A DNA stretch of 64,000 bases from an uncultured delta proteobacterium (lineage in GTDB: Bacteria > Myxococcota_A > Polyangia > Polyangiales > Polyangiaceae): assembly GCA_963806225.1 (NCBI GenBank), contig CAWDXG010000004.1, positions 3,648,001-3,712,000 of the forward strand, read 5' to 3'. Shown here piece after piece: positions 18,848 through 29,261 of the stretch. The position numbers were made by a program, and so were the translations under genes. Below the pieces are notes generated by a model, which was not told the origin of the DNA, ran no database searches, and was given only the letters and a program-made list of their open reading frames with translations. Numbering within the stretch: the stretch's first letter is position 1; the number at the start of each line of letters is the position of its first letter.

Positions 18848-21016
18848 ATGCTGGCCGGCATGCGCGGACTGTCGAAAATCCTGCTGTCCGGGGCGTGTGC
18901 CTGCTGGTTCGTTGCCGGATGTCGGCCGCGCGTCATAGCGCCGAACCAACCCAGAGCCGTGGAGCCGCTTCCCGCGACGGCGGCCAGCACCCAGTCGAAT
19001 CTGCCGTTGGCGCCGACGCCCGAGCTCGGCTACGCCCCGCTCGGAGCGCACGGCATGGATCTGATCCAGAAGTCGAAGCTATCGCTCGACGGCACCGAGC
19101 GGGTGCGGCTTTCGCGCGACGGCTTCGTGCTGTCGCATCGCCGCGTTGCCACGTTCGGCGCAGGGTTCGCGCTCGTCTACAAGAACGACCTGCCGGTGTA
19201 CGTGAGCGCGGACGCGATCCTCGATGCCGTGCACCGCTCCTACAGCAACGTCCTGAAGTGGACGGAGCAGCAGGTGCTGAAGCCGGAGCTCGACGCTCTG
19301 CTCGTCGGCATGCACACGCGCCTGGTGAACGGCGCCGCAACGGGCTTCAGCCGGCATGCGCGCGCCGACGTGAACGAGTATCTTGGCGTGGCTCGAGCGC
19401 TGCTGGACGACAAACCGCCCCGCGCGCTCGGCGGCGGCAACGTGGCTGCGATGCGGCAGCTGTTCGAGCGGGTGAAGGCCGCGAGCGGCCATGGCAGCGT
19501 GCAGCTCTTCGGCGCACAGCGCGACGTCGACTTTTCGCAGTTCAAGCCGCGCGGTCACTACGCCGACGGCAACCTCGAAGGCTACTTCCGCGCGACCGTC
19601 TGGCTCGGCCGCGTCGACCTGCGCGTGCTCGACTACGACCAGAGCGGGCGCGCGGAGCTCGGCCGCCGACAGCTCGAGGCGATGCTGCTCCTGCGCGCGC
19701 TGCTCGACCCGGCCGGCTTCGCGCGCTACCGGCGCATCGACTTCGCAGTAGGCACATTCGTGGGGCCGCGCGACTACGCCGGCCCCGACGCAGTCGACCG
19801 GCTGTTCGCAGAGCTCCACGTGGCGACACCCCACGCCGCGCTCGCCCTTTCCGACGCGAAGCTGACCCACGCCCTCGAGAAGACGGGGTTCGGGATGCAG
19901 CGCATTGCCAGCCACATCCGCCGGGCGAGCGCCAACGGCAAGCCGCGCCCCAGGCCGCGGAGCTTTGCGCTTCTCGGGCAACGCTACGTGGCGGATTCGG
20001 AGGTGCTCGCGAACGTCGTCGCGGATCGCGTGCCCGGACGCATGATGCCGAAACCGCTCGACGTGGCGTACGCCGCGATGGGCAACGACGGCGCCAAGCC
20101 ACTGCTCGCCGATGATCTGCAGAATGCGGCCTACGCAAAGGCGCTCTCCAGCGAACGGCAGCGCATCGACGGCTTCGGCGACGCGTACTGGACCAACACG
20201 CTGTACACTTCGTGGTTCGGCGCGCTGCGCCAGCTCTCGCCGGGCAACGCCAGAGGCCTGCCCAGGGTTGCGACCGGCGATGCCTGGAACCGCCGCATCC
20301 TCGGCACCCAACTCGCCTCCTGGGCCGAGCTCCGCCACGACACCGTCGCCTACGTGAAGCAGTCGTACACGGCGGCGGAACTGTGCGAGTTTCCGGCGGC
20401 CTACGTCGACCCGTATCCGCGCTTCTTCGCCACGCTGCGCGACTTCGCGAAGAACGTCGGAAAGCTCGCCCCCATCGCTACGGCGGCGAAGAAGCCCGCC
20501 TTTGCCAAGAGCATCACCGGCTACGCGACCACGCTGGACCACAGCCTCGCCATGCTCCAGGGCATGGCCGAGCGCGAGCGGCACGGACAGGAACCGACCA
20601 AGGCAGAGCTCGCGTTCATCAACGACGCTGTCGTGATGCACTCGGAGTTCGCGGGCTGTACCTCGGTCCACACGCTGAACGGCTGGTATCCGAAGCTGAT
20701 CTTCCAGGGCGACCCGCTCTCCCCCGAGTGGCTCGTCGCCGACATCCACACCCAGCCGACCGATGCGGCGGGGAACGAAGTAGGCCGCATCCTGCACGTG
20801 GCCACGGCCCTGCCCGAGCTCTTCGTCGTCACGGTCGATACCTGCAACGGCCCCGCCGCCTACGTCGGCTTTTCGAGCCCCTTCTACGAGGTCGTCACCG
20901 AGCACGAGAAGCGGCTCGACGACAGCCAGTGGGCCCAGATGGCGCCGAAACACCCGCAGGCCAGGTGGCTCGCGCCGATCCTGGGTACCGAAGGGACCGA
21001 ATTGGTGCGGCCGTAG
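18848..21016 (+). CDS. DUF3160 family lipoprotein
   Basis: Lipobox FVAGC; DFSQFKPRGHY, LASWAELRHDTVAYVKQSY and VADIHT motifs. Alternative start at 18860. Confidence 0.85.
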   Translation: MLAGMRGLSKILLSGACACWFVAGCRPRVIAPNQPRAVEPLPATAASTQSNLPLAPTPELGYAPLGAHGMDLIQKSKLSLDGTERVRLSRDGFVLSHRRVATFGAGFALVYKNDLPVYVSADAILDAVHRSYSNVLKWTEQQVLKPELDALLVGMHTRLVNGAATGFSRHARADVNEYLGVARALLDDKPPRALGGGNVAAMRQLFERVKAASGHGSVQLFGAQRDVDFSQFKPRGHYADGNLEGYFRATVWLGRVDLRVLDYDQSGRAELGRRQLEAMLLLRALLDPAGFARYRRIDFAVGTFVGPRDYAGPDAVDRLFAELHVATPHAALALSDAKLTHALEKTGFGMQRIASHIRRASANGKPRPRPRSFALLGQRYVADSEVLANVVADRVPGRMMPKPLDVAYAAMGNDGAKPLLADDLQNAAYAKALSSERQRIDGFGDAYWTNTLYTSWFGALRQLSPGNARGLPRVATGDAWNRRILGTQLASWAELRHDTVAYVKQSYTAAELCEFPAAYVDPYPRFFATLRDFAKNVGKLAPIATAAKKPAFAKSITGYATTLDHSLAMLQGMAERERHGQEPTKAELAFINDAVVMHSEFAGCTSVHTLNGWYPKLIFQGDPLSPEWLVADIHTQPTDAAGNEVGRILHVATALPELFVVTVDTCNGPAAYVGFSSPFYEVVTEHEKRLDDSQWAQMAPKHPQARWLAPILGTEGTELVRP

Positions 21017-21058
21017 CCGCCCGTTGCGCCCCGCGCGGCGCTCGGGCACCCTCGGGCC

Positions 21059-22252
21059 ATGCATGGGGATTGTACGGCTCGCAGTCAGACCCAGCCGGTC
21101 GTCCTGGCACTGGCACTGGTGGGCGGAATGCTGGCGGTCGCCTGTGGCGCCCCGCCGACGGACGGCGACTTCCACGGGGCAGAACCGGTCGGCACGGTGC
21201 AGTCCGGTCTGACCGTGGATCAGGCCGTGAGCGGCGGCTGCTCGACCACGGCGGTCGCCGGTCTGAACCAGCAGATCATCACCGAGATGAACTGCCTGAT
21301 CCCCGGCGGCGCGCTCAAGCCCGTGCCGGCCCGCCCGAACTTCAAGAAGGGCGGGGCCACGCTGGCCTGGATGCAGCCGCCAGCGGTGGACGCGCTGGTC
21401 AAGGCGCTCGACGCCCACTCCAGCACGACGTTCACCGCCAACTCCATGCTGCGCACGGTCGCGGGGCAATACCTGCTCTACCGCTGGTACCAGAAGGGGA
21501 CGTGCGGCATCTCGCTGGCAGCGACGCCCGGCACGTCGAACCACGAGTCCGGGCTCGCCATCGACGTGGGCAACTACAGCACGTGGAAGGCGCCGCTCCA
21601 GGCCCAGGGCTACACGTGGCTCGGCAACAGCGACGTCGTGCACTTCGACTACAGCGGTCCGGGCACAGTGAACCTGAAGGGCAAGGACGTGCTCGCGTTC
21701 CAGAAGCTGTGGAACCTGAACAACCCCGGCGACCTCATCACCGAGGACGGCATCTACGGCCCGCAGACCGGCGGACGCCTCGCCAAATCTCCGGCCGGCG
21801 GCTTCGCCAAGCCCCCCACGTGCGGCAGCGGCGGGACGGGAGGCAGCGGCGGGACGGGAGGCACGGGCGGTTCCGGCGGCGGCGGCGGGACGGCCGGCGC
21901 GAGCGTGGGAGGTAGCGCCGGGACCGGCACGGGAGGGACTGCGGGGGCTGCGGGCGCAGGGGGCGCCGGCTCCACGTGCACGCCCGGCAAGCCGGCGGAC
22001 TGTGCGTGTCCAAGCGGCGATCCGGGCTACCAGCTCTGCAACGCCAACGGCACCGGCTACGACGCCTGCAACTGCTTCGGTGCGGGCGGCGCGGACGCTG
22101 GCAACCCAGCGTCCGACACCAGCGCGAACAGCGGTTGCTCGTGCAGCATGCCCGGGCGCGCGCCGGCCGACGCGCCCTGGCTGGCCGCGCTCGCCCTGGG
22201 TGCGCTGGTCGTTGTCGGCTCGCGACGCCGCGCTACCGATCGCCGCGGCTAG
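21059..22252 (+). CDS. M15-family (D-Ala-D-Ala type) metallopeptidase with peptidoglycan-binding domain and MYXO-CTERM-type tail
   Basis: Lipobox LAVAC; SMLRT..Q, PGTSNHESGLAIDV (SxHxxGxAxD), DVVHF; PG-binding-like VLAFQKLWN...EDGIYGPQT; SGCSCS...WLAALALGALVVVGSRRR. Confidence 0.85.
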   Translation: MHGDCTARSQTQPVVLALALVGGMLAVACGAPPTDGDFHGAEPVGTVQSGLTVDQAVSGGCSTTAVAGLNQQIITEMNCLIPGGALKPVPARPNFKKGGATLAWMQPPAVDALVKALDAHSSTTFTANSMLRTVAGQYLLYRWYQKGTCGISLAATPGTSNHESGLAIDVGNYSTWKAPLQAQGYTWLGNSDVVHFDYSGPGTVNLKGKDVLAFQKLWNLNNPGDLITEDGIYGPQTGGRLAKSPAGGFAKPPTCGSGGTGGSGGTGGTGGSGGGGGTAGASVGGSAGTGTGGTAGAAGAGGAGSTCTPGKPADCACPSGDPGYQLCNANGTGYDACNCFGAGGADAGNPASDTSANSGCSCSMPGRAPADAPWLAALALGALVVVGSRRRATDRRG

Positions 22253-23322
22253 CGCTTACGCGCGTACACCACGCTCTTGCCCGCATCCTGCCGCACCACC
22301 CAGTAGACGCAGGCCTTGTCGACCGCGACGGCGGACACGGACTGCAGCGCGGGGATGGTGGCGATGGGCTTGACGCTGCCGTCTTCGGTGGAGACTTCCG
22401 AGAACTTCTCGGGGGCGTCTTCGTCCTTGCCGGCGAAGGCGGCGTACAGGCCGCGGGCATCGCCGGCGATACGTGCGTTCTTCACCAGGCCCGAGGCGAG
22501 CTTCTTCGCCTTGCCGCCCTTCTTGGGCACGCTCATGAGCTGCCCATCGAGCGCCTGGTTGAAGTAGAGCGTCGACTCGCCCATCACCAGATCGAAGGGC
22601 TTTTTCAGGTGCGAGGCGAGCACCTTGTACTTTCCCTTGGGCAGCGGAAACGCAAGGATGCGGCCGTTGCCGGAGTCGGTGACGTAGGCCGCGTGATCGT
22701 CAGCGCGCACGCGGCTGTAGCCGTTCGGCGTGTCCTTCACCTTGGGGCGATCCCCACTAGCCAGCTCGGTCACGGCGCCGCCTGTCTTCGCGATCTTCGC
22801 CAGGCGATCGTACGGCCCGTAGTCGCCGGGAACACCGAGGACATCCTTGCCGAAGAGCGCGATGTGCTTCGACGAGAACACATCGACGAGCTTGTGGGCA
22901 TCGCCGCCCGTCTTGGGAATGCTCATCAGGCGGATGCCGGTGGTGAAGTAGACGTTCTTGTCTCCGACAGCGAGACTCTGCGGCTCGAGCGCGAGCGAGG
23001 CCACGGTGCGGCCACCCTGGCCATCCTTGCGGACGGTGCCGAAATCGCCGCGGCTGCCGTACAGCTGCCAGGACGTGTAGTAGAGCATCGCGGAGTCCTG
23101 GCCGAAGCCCTCCACGTCGCCGAGCACGCTGCCGATCTGCACCGGCTTGTCACCCGAAGCCTGACAGCCCTTCGGTGTGTCGTCCGGCGCCGACGCGCTC
23201 GCGGCCGGCTGGGCTGCGCTCGGAGCTGCCTTCGCGGCCGCCTTCTTCTCGCTATGGCAGCCCGTCGCCGCGCAGATGAGCAGCGCCGAACCAGCGGTCA
23301 ATGTCCAGGCCCTTGTCTTCAT
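22249..23322 (-). CDS. Lipoprotein with beta-propeller-like repeats
   Basis: Lipobox AATGC; repeated 'LAVGDKNVYFT...LMSIPKTGG' / 'LVMGESTLYF...LMSVPKKGG' units. Confidence 0.75.
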   Translation of the reverse strand: MKTRAWTLTAGSALLICAATGCHSEKKAAAKAAPSAAQPAASASAPDDTPKGCQASGDKPVQIGSVLGDVEGFGQDSAMLYYTSWQLYGSRGDFGTVRKDGQGGRTVASLALEPQSLAVGDKNVYFTTGIRLMSIPKTGGDAHKLVDVFSSKHIALFGKDVLGVPGDYGPYDRLAKIAKTGGAVTELASGDRPKVKDTPNGYSRVRADDHAAYVTDSGNGRILAFPLPKGKYKVLASHLKKPFDLVMGESTLYFNQALDGQLMSVPKKGGKAKKLASGLVKNARIAGDARGLYAAFAGKDEDAPEKFSEVSTEDGSVKPIATIPALQSVSAVAVDKACVYWVVRQDAGKSVVYARKR

Positions 23323-23404
23323 GCCGCACCTCGTGTTGCTAGCTCAGTGGAAGTGAAGGCGGATTTCAAGACCCAGCGCCGGAGATGCTGCGCGAGGTCA
23401 TGCA

Positions 23405-25450
23405 TCACGTCTCCAGCCACTCGCCGATACGCGCGGCGATGCGCTCCCCGGTGAATCCGAACTCCTCGCACAGTTCCTGACCCGGAGCGGAAGCACCAAA
23501 ATGGTCCAATCCGATAGCGAGACCGCGGTCCCCGAGGAACTGGTACCAGCCGTCGGTGCGCCCGGCTTCCACGCTGACCCGCGGCACGCCCGGCGGCAGC
23601 AGCAGGTCACGGTAGTCCCGAGGCTGCGCCTTGAAGCGCTCGACCGACGGCACGCTGACGACGCGCGCGCGGGTGCCGCCCTTCGCGAGCAGCTCGCGCG
23701 CCTCGAGCGATGCGCCGACCTCGGAGCCGGTGGCCAGGATGACCAGGTCGGGCTTGCCGCCGTCGGCCTCCACAGCCGTGTACGCACCCTTCCAGATGTC
23801 CCGTGCCGAGAAGCCCGCCGGCCGCTTGAAGGCGGGCAGCTTCTGCCGCGTCAGGATCAGGATGCTCGGCAGCGTGCCGTCGGGACGCGCAACGGCGTGA
23901 CCCCAGGCGAGCGCCGTCTCCAGCGCATCGGCCGGGCGCCACAGGACGACGTCCGGGATCGTGCGCATGGCCCACAGTTGCTCGATAGGCTGATGCGTCG
24001 GGCCGTCCTCGCCCACCCAGAAGGAGTCGTGCGTGAAGATGAAGATGGTCGGGATCTTCGACAGCGCCGCAAGCCGGATCGGCGGGCGCATGTAGTCGGA
24101 AAAGACCATGAACGTGGCGCAGTAGGTCTGCCAGCCTCCGTACAGCACCATGCCGTTGCCGATCGAGCCCATGGCGTGCTCGCGGATGCCGAAGTGCAGG
24201 TTTCGTCCGGCAAACGCCTCGTCCGGCAGCTCGTCGGAGGCGACGGACGCCTTGATGACGCTCGGCGCGCCCTTGATGCCGGTCTTGGTCGACGGCTCGA
24301 GATCCGCCGCGCCGCCCACGAGCCACGGCGCGAGCGCCGTCGCCTTCTGGATCGCCAGGCCCGACAGCACGCGCGTCGCCTCCGTCTTCTCGTCCACAGC
24401 CGCGGCGATCTGTTCGGGCAGGTCGGCGGGGCATTCGAGCTTGTCGTGCACGTCCCAGAGCTTGGCGAGGTCCGGGTTGTCGCTCCGCCACCTGGCGTAG
24501 AGCTTGTTCCACTCGGCGTGCGCTTCGCGCCCCTCGTCGGCGCGCGCCGCCCACACGTCGCGCACCTCCGGCGGCACGAAGAACGTCTCGTCGGGCCAGT
24601 TTGCCGCGGCACGGGCGCGCGCCATCTCTTCGGGGCCGAGCGGCGAGCCGTGCACGCCGTGGGTGCCCTGCTTGGTCGGCGCGCCCTTGCCGATGATCGT
24701 CTTGGCGACGATCAGCGACGGCCTCATCGTCTGCTTCTTCGCCAGGTAGAGCGCCGAGCGGATGGCCTCGTGATCGTGGCCGTCGATCTTCTGGACGTAC
24801 CAGTTGTACGCCTCGAAGCGCCGCGCGACGTCCTCGCCCATCGCCACGTCGATGTTGCCCTCGATGGTGATGTCGTTGTTGTCGTAGACGAAGATCAAGT
24901 TGCCGAGCCCCATGTGGCCGGCGAGCGACGCAGCCTCGGCGGCTACGCCCTCCTGCATGTCGCCGTCACCGCACAGTCCCCAGATGTGGCTGTCGATGAT
25001 CGCCTCGCCCAGACGATTGAAACGCGCGGCCATCATCTTCGCCGCGAGCGCCATGCCGACCGCCGTCGCGAACCCAGCGCCGAGCGGCCCCGTCGTCAGC
25101 TCCACGCCGACGGTATGGCCGTACTCGGGGTGCCCCGGCGTCTTCGAGCCGCGCTGGCGGAAGTTCTTCAAGTCGTCGATCGACAGCGGATAGCCCGACA
25201 GGTGCAAGAGCGAGTAGAGCAGCATGGAAGCGTGCCCACCCGAGAGCACGAAGCGGTCGCGATTCGGCCAGTCCGGCGCATCCGGGTCGAAGCGCAGGAA
25301 CTCGCTCCACATGACGAACGCGATGTCCGCCGCGCCCATCGGCGTGCCGGGATGACCGCTCTTGGCCTTCTCCACCGCGTCGGCGGCCAGGAAACGGATC
25401 GTGTTGGCGCACTTTTCACGCAGCTCGGGCGATATCGACCGGATGTTCAT
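23405..25450 (-). CDS. tkt: Transketolase
   Basis: [42 protein letters not shown] motif, [11 protein letters not shown]. Alternative start at 25471. Confidence 0.97.
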   Translation of the reverse strand: MNIRSISPELREKCANTIRFLAADAVEKAKSGHPGTPMGAADIAFVMWSEFLRFDPDAPDWPNRDRFVLSGGHASMLLYSLLHLSGYPLSIDDLKNFRQRGSKTPGHPEYGHTVGVELTTGPLGAGFATAVGMALAAKMMAARFNRLGEAIIDSHIWGLCGDGDMQEGVAAEAASLAGHMGLGNLIFVYDNNDITIEGNIDVAMGEDVARRFEAYNWYVQKIDGHDHEAIRSALYLAKKQTMRPSLIVAKTIIGKGAPTKQGTHGVHGSPLGPEEMARARAAANWPDETFFVPPEVRDVWAARADEGREAHAEWNKLYARWRSDNPDLAKLWDVHDKLECPADLPEQIAAAVDEKTEATRVLSGLAIQKATALAPWLVGGAADLEPSTKTGIKGAPSVIKASVASDELPDEAFAGRNLHFGIREHAMGSIGNGMVLYGGWQTYCATFMVFSDYMRPPIRLAALSKIPTIFIFTHDSFWVGEDGPTHQPIEQLWAMRTIPDVVLWRPADALETALAWGHAVARPDGTLPSILILTRQKLPAFKRPAGFSARDIWKGAYTAVEADGGKPDLVILATGSEVGASLEARELLAKGGTRARVVSVPSVERFKAQPRDYRDLLLPPGVPRVSVEAGRTDGWYQFLGDRGLAIGLDHFGASAPGQELCEEFGFTGERIAARIGEWLET

Positions 25451-25580
25451 GGGAGAGGAGGGTATCCTCATTCGAGCACGAAGGGGATGCGCAGCCGCTG
25501 GGGGCCGCGTTCAGCCGCGCAGCGCTCATCGGGCTGGTGACACGCGCGCCGATCCGCCCCAGATTGTCGGGGACTCGCCC

Positions 25581-26735
25581 ATGAGCGACCCAGCCACAAC
25601 CGAGCAGCGCGAAGCCGGCCAGCAGGAGGAACGCGCGCCGGAGCGCCGCAACCGCACCGGCCGCGAAGCCCGCTCGCCGATCCGCATCCCGCCGCGCGGC
25701 TGGTTGGAGGTGCTCTGGCGCGTCGGCTCCGAGCTGTCGAATGACCGCGTGACCATGCTGGCCGCGAGCGTCGCCTTCTACGCCACGCTGGCCGTGTTCC
25801 CCGCCCTGGTGGCGGTGGTGTCGCTGTACGGCTTGCTCGCCGATCCGCACCAGATCGCGAGGTCCGTGGCGCGACTCAGCGCCGCGATGCCGGGGACGGC
25901 GCGGCAGTTGATCATCGCAGAGCTGCATCGCATCGCGAGCACGCCCAGCACCGGGCTCACGCTCAGCCTGATCGGCAGCGTCGCGGTGGCGCTCCTCAGC
26001 GCGTCGAGCGGGGCGCTGGGCCTGATCGACGGCATTACTGTCGCCTACGACGAACGCGAGACCCGCGGCATCCTGCGCCAGCGCCTGCTAGCGGTAGGCT
26101 TCGCAGTCGGCGCGTCGTTGTTCGTCGTCGCCTCGGTCGCCGTGCTCACCGTGATCCCGATCCTGATGCGACATCTCGGCCTCGCCAGCGAGACGCGCTG
26201 GCTGTTCTCGGTGCTGCGTTGGCCGGCCCTGGCGGCGTGTGTGATGGTCGGCCTGGCGCTCCTGTACCGCTACGCGCCGAACCGCACGCCCGCACGCTGG
26301 CCCTGGGTGATGTCCGGCGCAGCACTGGCCACGGCGATCTGGCTGGGCGCGTCGTATCTGCTGTCGCTCTACGTCGAGAACTTCGGCCGCTTCAGCCGCA
26401 CGTACGGTGCGCTGGGCGCGATGATCGTGCTGCTGCTCTGGTTCTACGTTTCCGCGATCGCCGTGCTGATCGGTGCGGAGATCAACGCGGAGCTCGAACG
26501 CCAGACCCTGGTGGACACCACCATCGGTCCGCCGCGCCCTATGGGCGAGCGCGGAGCGGTCGTCGCGGACACGCTGGGCAAGGGACTATCCGGTTCCACG
26601 GAGACTCCCCTCAAGGAGCGCGTACGCGACACCGCGAAGGATCTCGTGCGCCCGGGACGCGACAAGAGCCAGCTCGACGATGCCAAGCCCGACGACAAGG
26701 ACGAGCCGCCGCGGAGCCGCGACGCCGATCTGTAG
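25581..26735 (+). CDS. YihY/virulence factor BrkB family membrane protein
   Basis: DRVTMLAASVAFY, LYRYAP, YGALGAMIVLLLWFY, IGAEINAELE. Confidence 0.92.
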   Translation: MSDPATTEQREAGQQEERAPERRNRTGREARSPIRIPPRGWLEVLWRVGSELSNDRVTMLAASVAFYATLAVFPALVAVVSLYGLLADPHQIARSVARLSAAMPGTARQLIIAELHRIASTPSTGLTLSLIGSVAVALLSASSGALGLIDGITVAYDERETRGILRQRLLAVGFAVGASLFVVASVAVLTVIPILMRHLGLASETRWLFSVLRWPALAACVMVGLALLYRYAPNRTPARWPWVMSGAALATAIWLGASYLLSLYVENFGRFSRTYGALGAMIVLLLWFYVSAIAVLIGAEINAELERQTLVDTTIGPPRPMGERGAVVADTLGKGLSGSTETPLKERVRDTAKDLVRPGRDKSQLDDAKPDDKDEPPRSRDADL

Positions 26736-26818
26736 CTTTCCGGAGCCCTTCGCAGACGCCTCGCCCCCGTCCGGGTTTTCTGGCATCTTGCAGCCGGGAC
26801 AAGGAAAGGAGAGCCACC

Positions 26819-27631
26819 GTGTGGAAGCGCCTCGCGATTCTGTTGCCGCTGGTACTGGTGCTCGGCTGCGGCCATTCCGAAGACGAGTGGCAGGCCCAGC
26901 TTGCGAAGTACGACGCGGTCGTCAAGACGAACTCGGACCTCCAGGCAAAGCTCGACAAGGAGCGTGACCGGGTCAAGGAGCTCAGCGACGAGCTCGGGAA
27001 GATGGGCGTCAAGCTCAGCGCCGCTGGGACGGAGAAGGAACAGCTCTCACAGAGCGTCGATCAGATGAAGGCCGCGCTGGCCGAGTACAAGCAGCGCGCG
27101 GAGACGCTGGAACGCATCAGGGCGCGCTTCGAGCTGCTCAGGAAGAAGCTGCAGAAGCTGACGAGCCTCGGCCTCGACGTGAAGATCCGCAACAACCGCA
27201 TGGTGATCTCGCTGCCTGGGGACGTGCTGTTCTCGTCCGGCAAGGACACGCTCCGGAAGAACGGAAAGAGCATCCTGCTCAAGGTCGCCGAAGTGATCCG
27301 CGGTGACGAGTCCCTGAACAGCCGCCTGTACCAGGTCGCCGGTCACACCGACAACCAGCGGCTCAGGAAGCATGCCGAGGAATTCCACGACAACTGGGGG
27401 CTGTCGCTCATGCGTGCAAGGCAGGTCCTTGTGTTCTTGATCACACCGAGCGACGCGAAGCAGGACCCCGGCGGCGGCCTCGACCCGAAGCACTGGAGCG
27501 CCTCCGGCTACGGCTCGACGGACCCCATCGCCAGCAACGCCACGCCCGCCGGCCGCGCGAAGAACCGCCGGGTCGAGCTGATCCTGATGCCGAACGTCGA
27601 GGAGATGCTCGACCTGAAATCGCTGCTCTGA
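26819..27631 (+). CDS. OmpA/MotB-family lipoprotein with coiled coil
   Basis: AAGGAG RBS then GTG; lipobox LVLGC; coiled coil; DVLFSSG, VAGHTD, NWGLSLMRA, GRAKNRRVE. Confidence 0.9.
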   Translation: MWKRLAILLPLVLVLGCGHSEDEWQAQLAKYDAVVKTNSDLQAKLDKERDRVKELSDELGKMGVKLSAAGTEKEQLSQSVDQMKAALAEYKQRAETLERIRARFELLRKKLQKLTSLGLDVKIRNNRMVISLPGDVLFSSGKDTLRKNGKSILLKVAEVIRGDESLNSRLYQVAGHTDNQRLRKHAEEFHDNWGLSLMRARQVLVFLITPSDAKQDPGGGLDPKHWSASGYGSTDPIASNATPAGRAKNRRVELILMPNVEEMLDLKSLL

Positions 27632-27650
27632 ACGCGAGCCGACTGCGCTG

Positions 27651-27666
27651 TGGCGCGGTTCATGCA
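27651..27666 (+). promoter_or_regulatory. Possible sigma-54 promoter for the cupin gene
   Basis: TGGCGCGGTTCATGCA has correct GG/GC spacing but two mismatches to consensus. Confidence 0.35.
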
Positions 27667-27752
27667 CTCTTCCACCAGGGCGGAGCAACGCACGCAGGCG
27701 CCCGACGGCGCCACGCGCTGTGCTGATCTGCCCCGACGTGGAGGAATGACAC

Positions 27753-28157
27753 ATGGACCACACCACAGAACTAGCCAGCACCGAGCCCCGATCGCGCCGC
27801 CAGCCGCATCCGCCGGCGCGTGACGGCAGCTTCGACCTCTTGCGCCAGATCGACAGCCTGCGCGCCAGCGCCGAGTATCGCGACCACGGCCATGCCGCGC
27901 ACACCCTGATCAAGACGCCAACGTTGCGCATCGTGCTGGTGGCGCTGGCGCGCGGCAAGAAGCTCGCCGAGCACAGCGTCGCCGAGCCCGTCTCGATCCA
28001 GGTGCTCGGCGGACGCATCCGCATCGACCTGCCCGGCTGCCCTGTCGACCACGGCACCGGACGCCTCATGTCGCTCGAGCGCGACGTCCCGCACGACGTC
28101 CAGGCGCTGACCGACGCGGCGTTTCTCATGACGCTGCCCTGGGCGCCCGAGGAGTAA
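27753..28157 (+). CDS. Cupin-domain protein
   Basis: LRIVLVAL...LAEHSVAEPVSIQVLGG...PHDVQALTDAAFLMT. Confidence 0.85.
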   Translation: MDHTTELASTEPRSRRQPHPPARDGSFDLLRQIDSLRASAEYRDHGHAAHTLIKTPTLRIVLVALARGKKLAEHSVAEPVSIQVLGGRIRIDLPGCPVDHGTGRLMSLERDVPHDVQALTDAAFLMTLPWAPEE

Positions 28158-28235
28158 CGACGCGAGAGCGCGCGCTTGTCCCGCCGCCGCGCGTGGCGGC
28201 GCGGGCAGCGAGCGCACCCGTGCCACGAAAACCCG

Positions 28236-29261
28236 CTACGCGGCTTGACCCAGAGCGTCCCGCTCGCTCCACCACGCGGACAGCGCCGGCCAAAGCCCTT
28301 TCGACGCCTTGCGCGATACCACCGCGCCCACGTGCCCTCCGGGCAGGTGCAGCCGATCCTTGTCCTCGGCGCCGGCGTGCTCGACCAGAGCCGCCGCGCT
28401 CTTCCACGGCACGATGTTGTCGTGCTCGAAGGTGACGGCGAGCGTGGGGCAGCGGATGTTCTCGAGCCGCGCGGGGCTCCCGCTCAGGGTGAAGCGCCCG
28501 GCAACGAGCGCGTTGTCACGGTACAGCTCCTGGATGTAGCGGCGGTAGCACTCCCCGGGGAACGACACGTTGTCGTTCCCCCATTTCTCGAGCGCGAGAA
28601 AGCCATCGAGGAACTGATCGTCCCAGGCGCGGTCGAGCAGGTGCACCGACTTCGACAGGCCGAGCGTCGGCCTGAGCATCTGGAACGACGCCTGCATCAG
28701 CTGCCACGGCACGTTGCCGAGCGCGCCGACCAGCGCGTCGAGGTCGAAGCTCTTCGTGCGCGTCCAGGTCGACAGGAGCCCGTCGTCCGAGAAGTCGATG
28801 GGCGCCGCCAGCGCCATCAACGTCGCGACGCGCTCCGGCCGCACCGCCGCGTGGATCGCCGTCAGCGTGCCGCCCAGACAGTAGCCGAACAGGTGCGCGC
28901 GCCCGGCCCCGGCCTCGCGCGTAGCCACCGAGAGCGCGCGGGCGATGTAGCGGTCGCAGACGGTGTCGAAATCGAGATAGCGATCCTCGTCACCGGGCGT
29001 GCCCCAGTCGACCATGAACACGTCGTGTCCGCGCCCCACCAGATACTCCACCAGGCTCTTTTCCGGCATCAGGTCGAGCACGTAGTGGCGGTTGATGAGC
29101 GACGGCACCATCACGATCGGCGTGGCCAGTGCCTTCACGTCCGGCCGGCGCCGGTAGCGCAGCAGCTTCCACTTGTTCTCGTGATGCACGATATCGGAAG
29201 GCGTCAGCCCTACGCGGGGCTGGCGCTTTCCAATCGTCGCAAGGTTCAGCCAGCGCTTCAT
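28236..29261 (-). CDS. phaC: Class III-type PHA synthase catalytic subunit (copy 1)
   Basis: [36 protein letters not shown], lipase-box-like GYCLGG (Cys), HDNIVP (Asp), GGHVG (His). The ATG overlaps the ligase stop (ATGA). Confidence 0.88.
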   Translation of the reverse strand: MKRWLNLATIGKRQPRVGLTPSDIVHHENKWKLLRYRRRPDVKALATPIVMVPSLINRHYVLDLMPEKSLVEYLVGRGHDVFMVDWGTPGDEDRYLDFDTVCDRYIARALSVATREAGAGRAHLFGYCLGGTLTAIHAAVRPERVATLMALAAPIDFSDDGLLSTWTRTKSFDLDALVGALGNVPWQLMQASFQMLRPTLGLSKSVHLLDRAWDDQFLDGFLALEKWGNDNVSFPGECYRRYIQELYRDNALVAGRFTLSGSPARLENIRCPTLAVTFEHDNIVPWKSAAALVEHAGAEDKDRLHLPGGHVGAVVSRKASKGLWPALSAWWSERDALGQAA

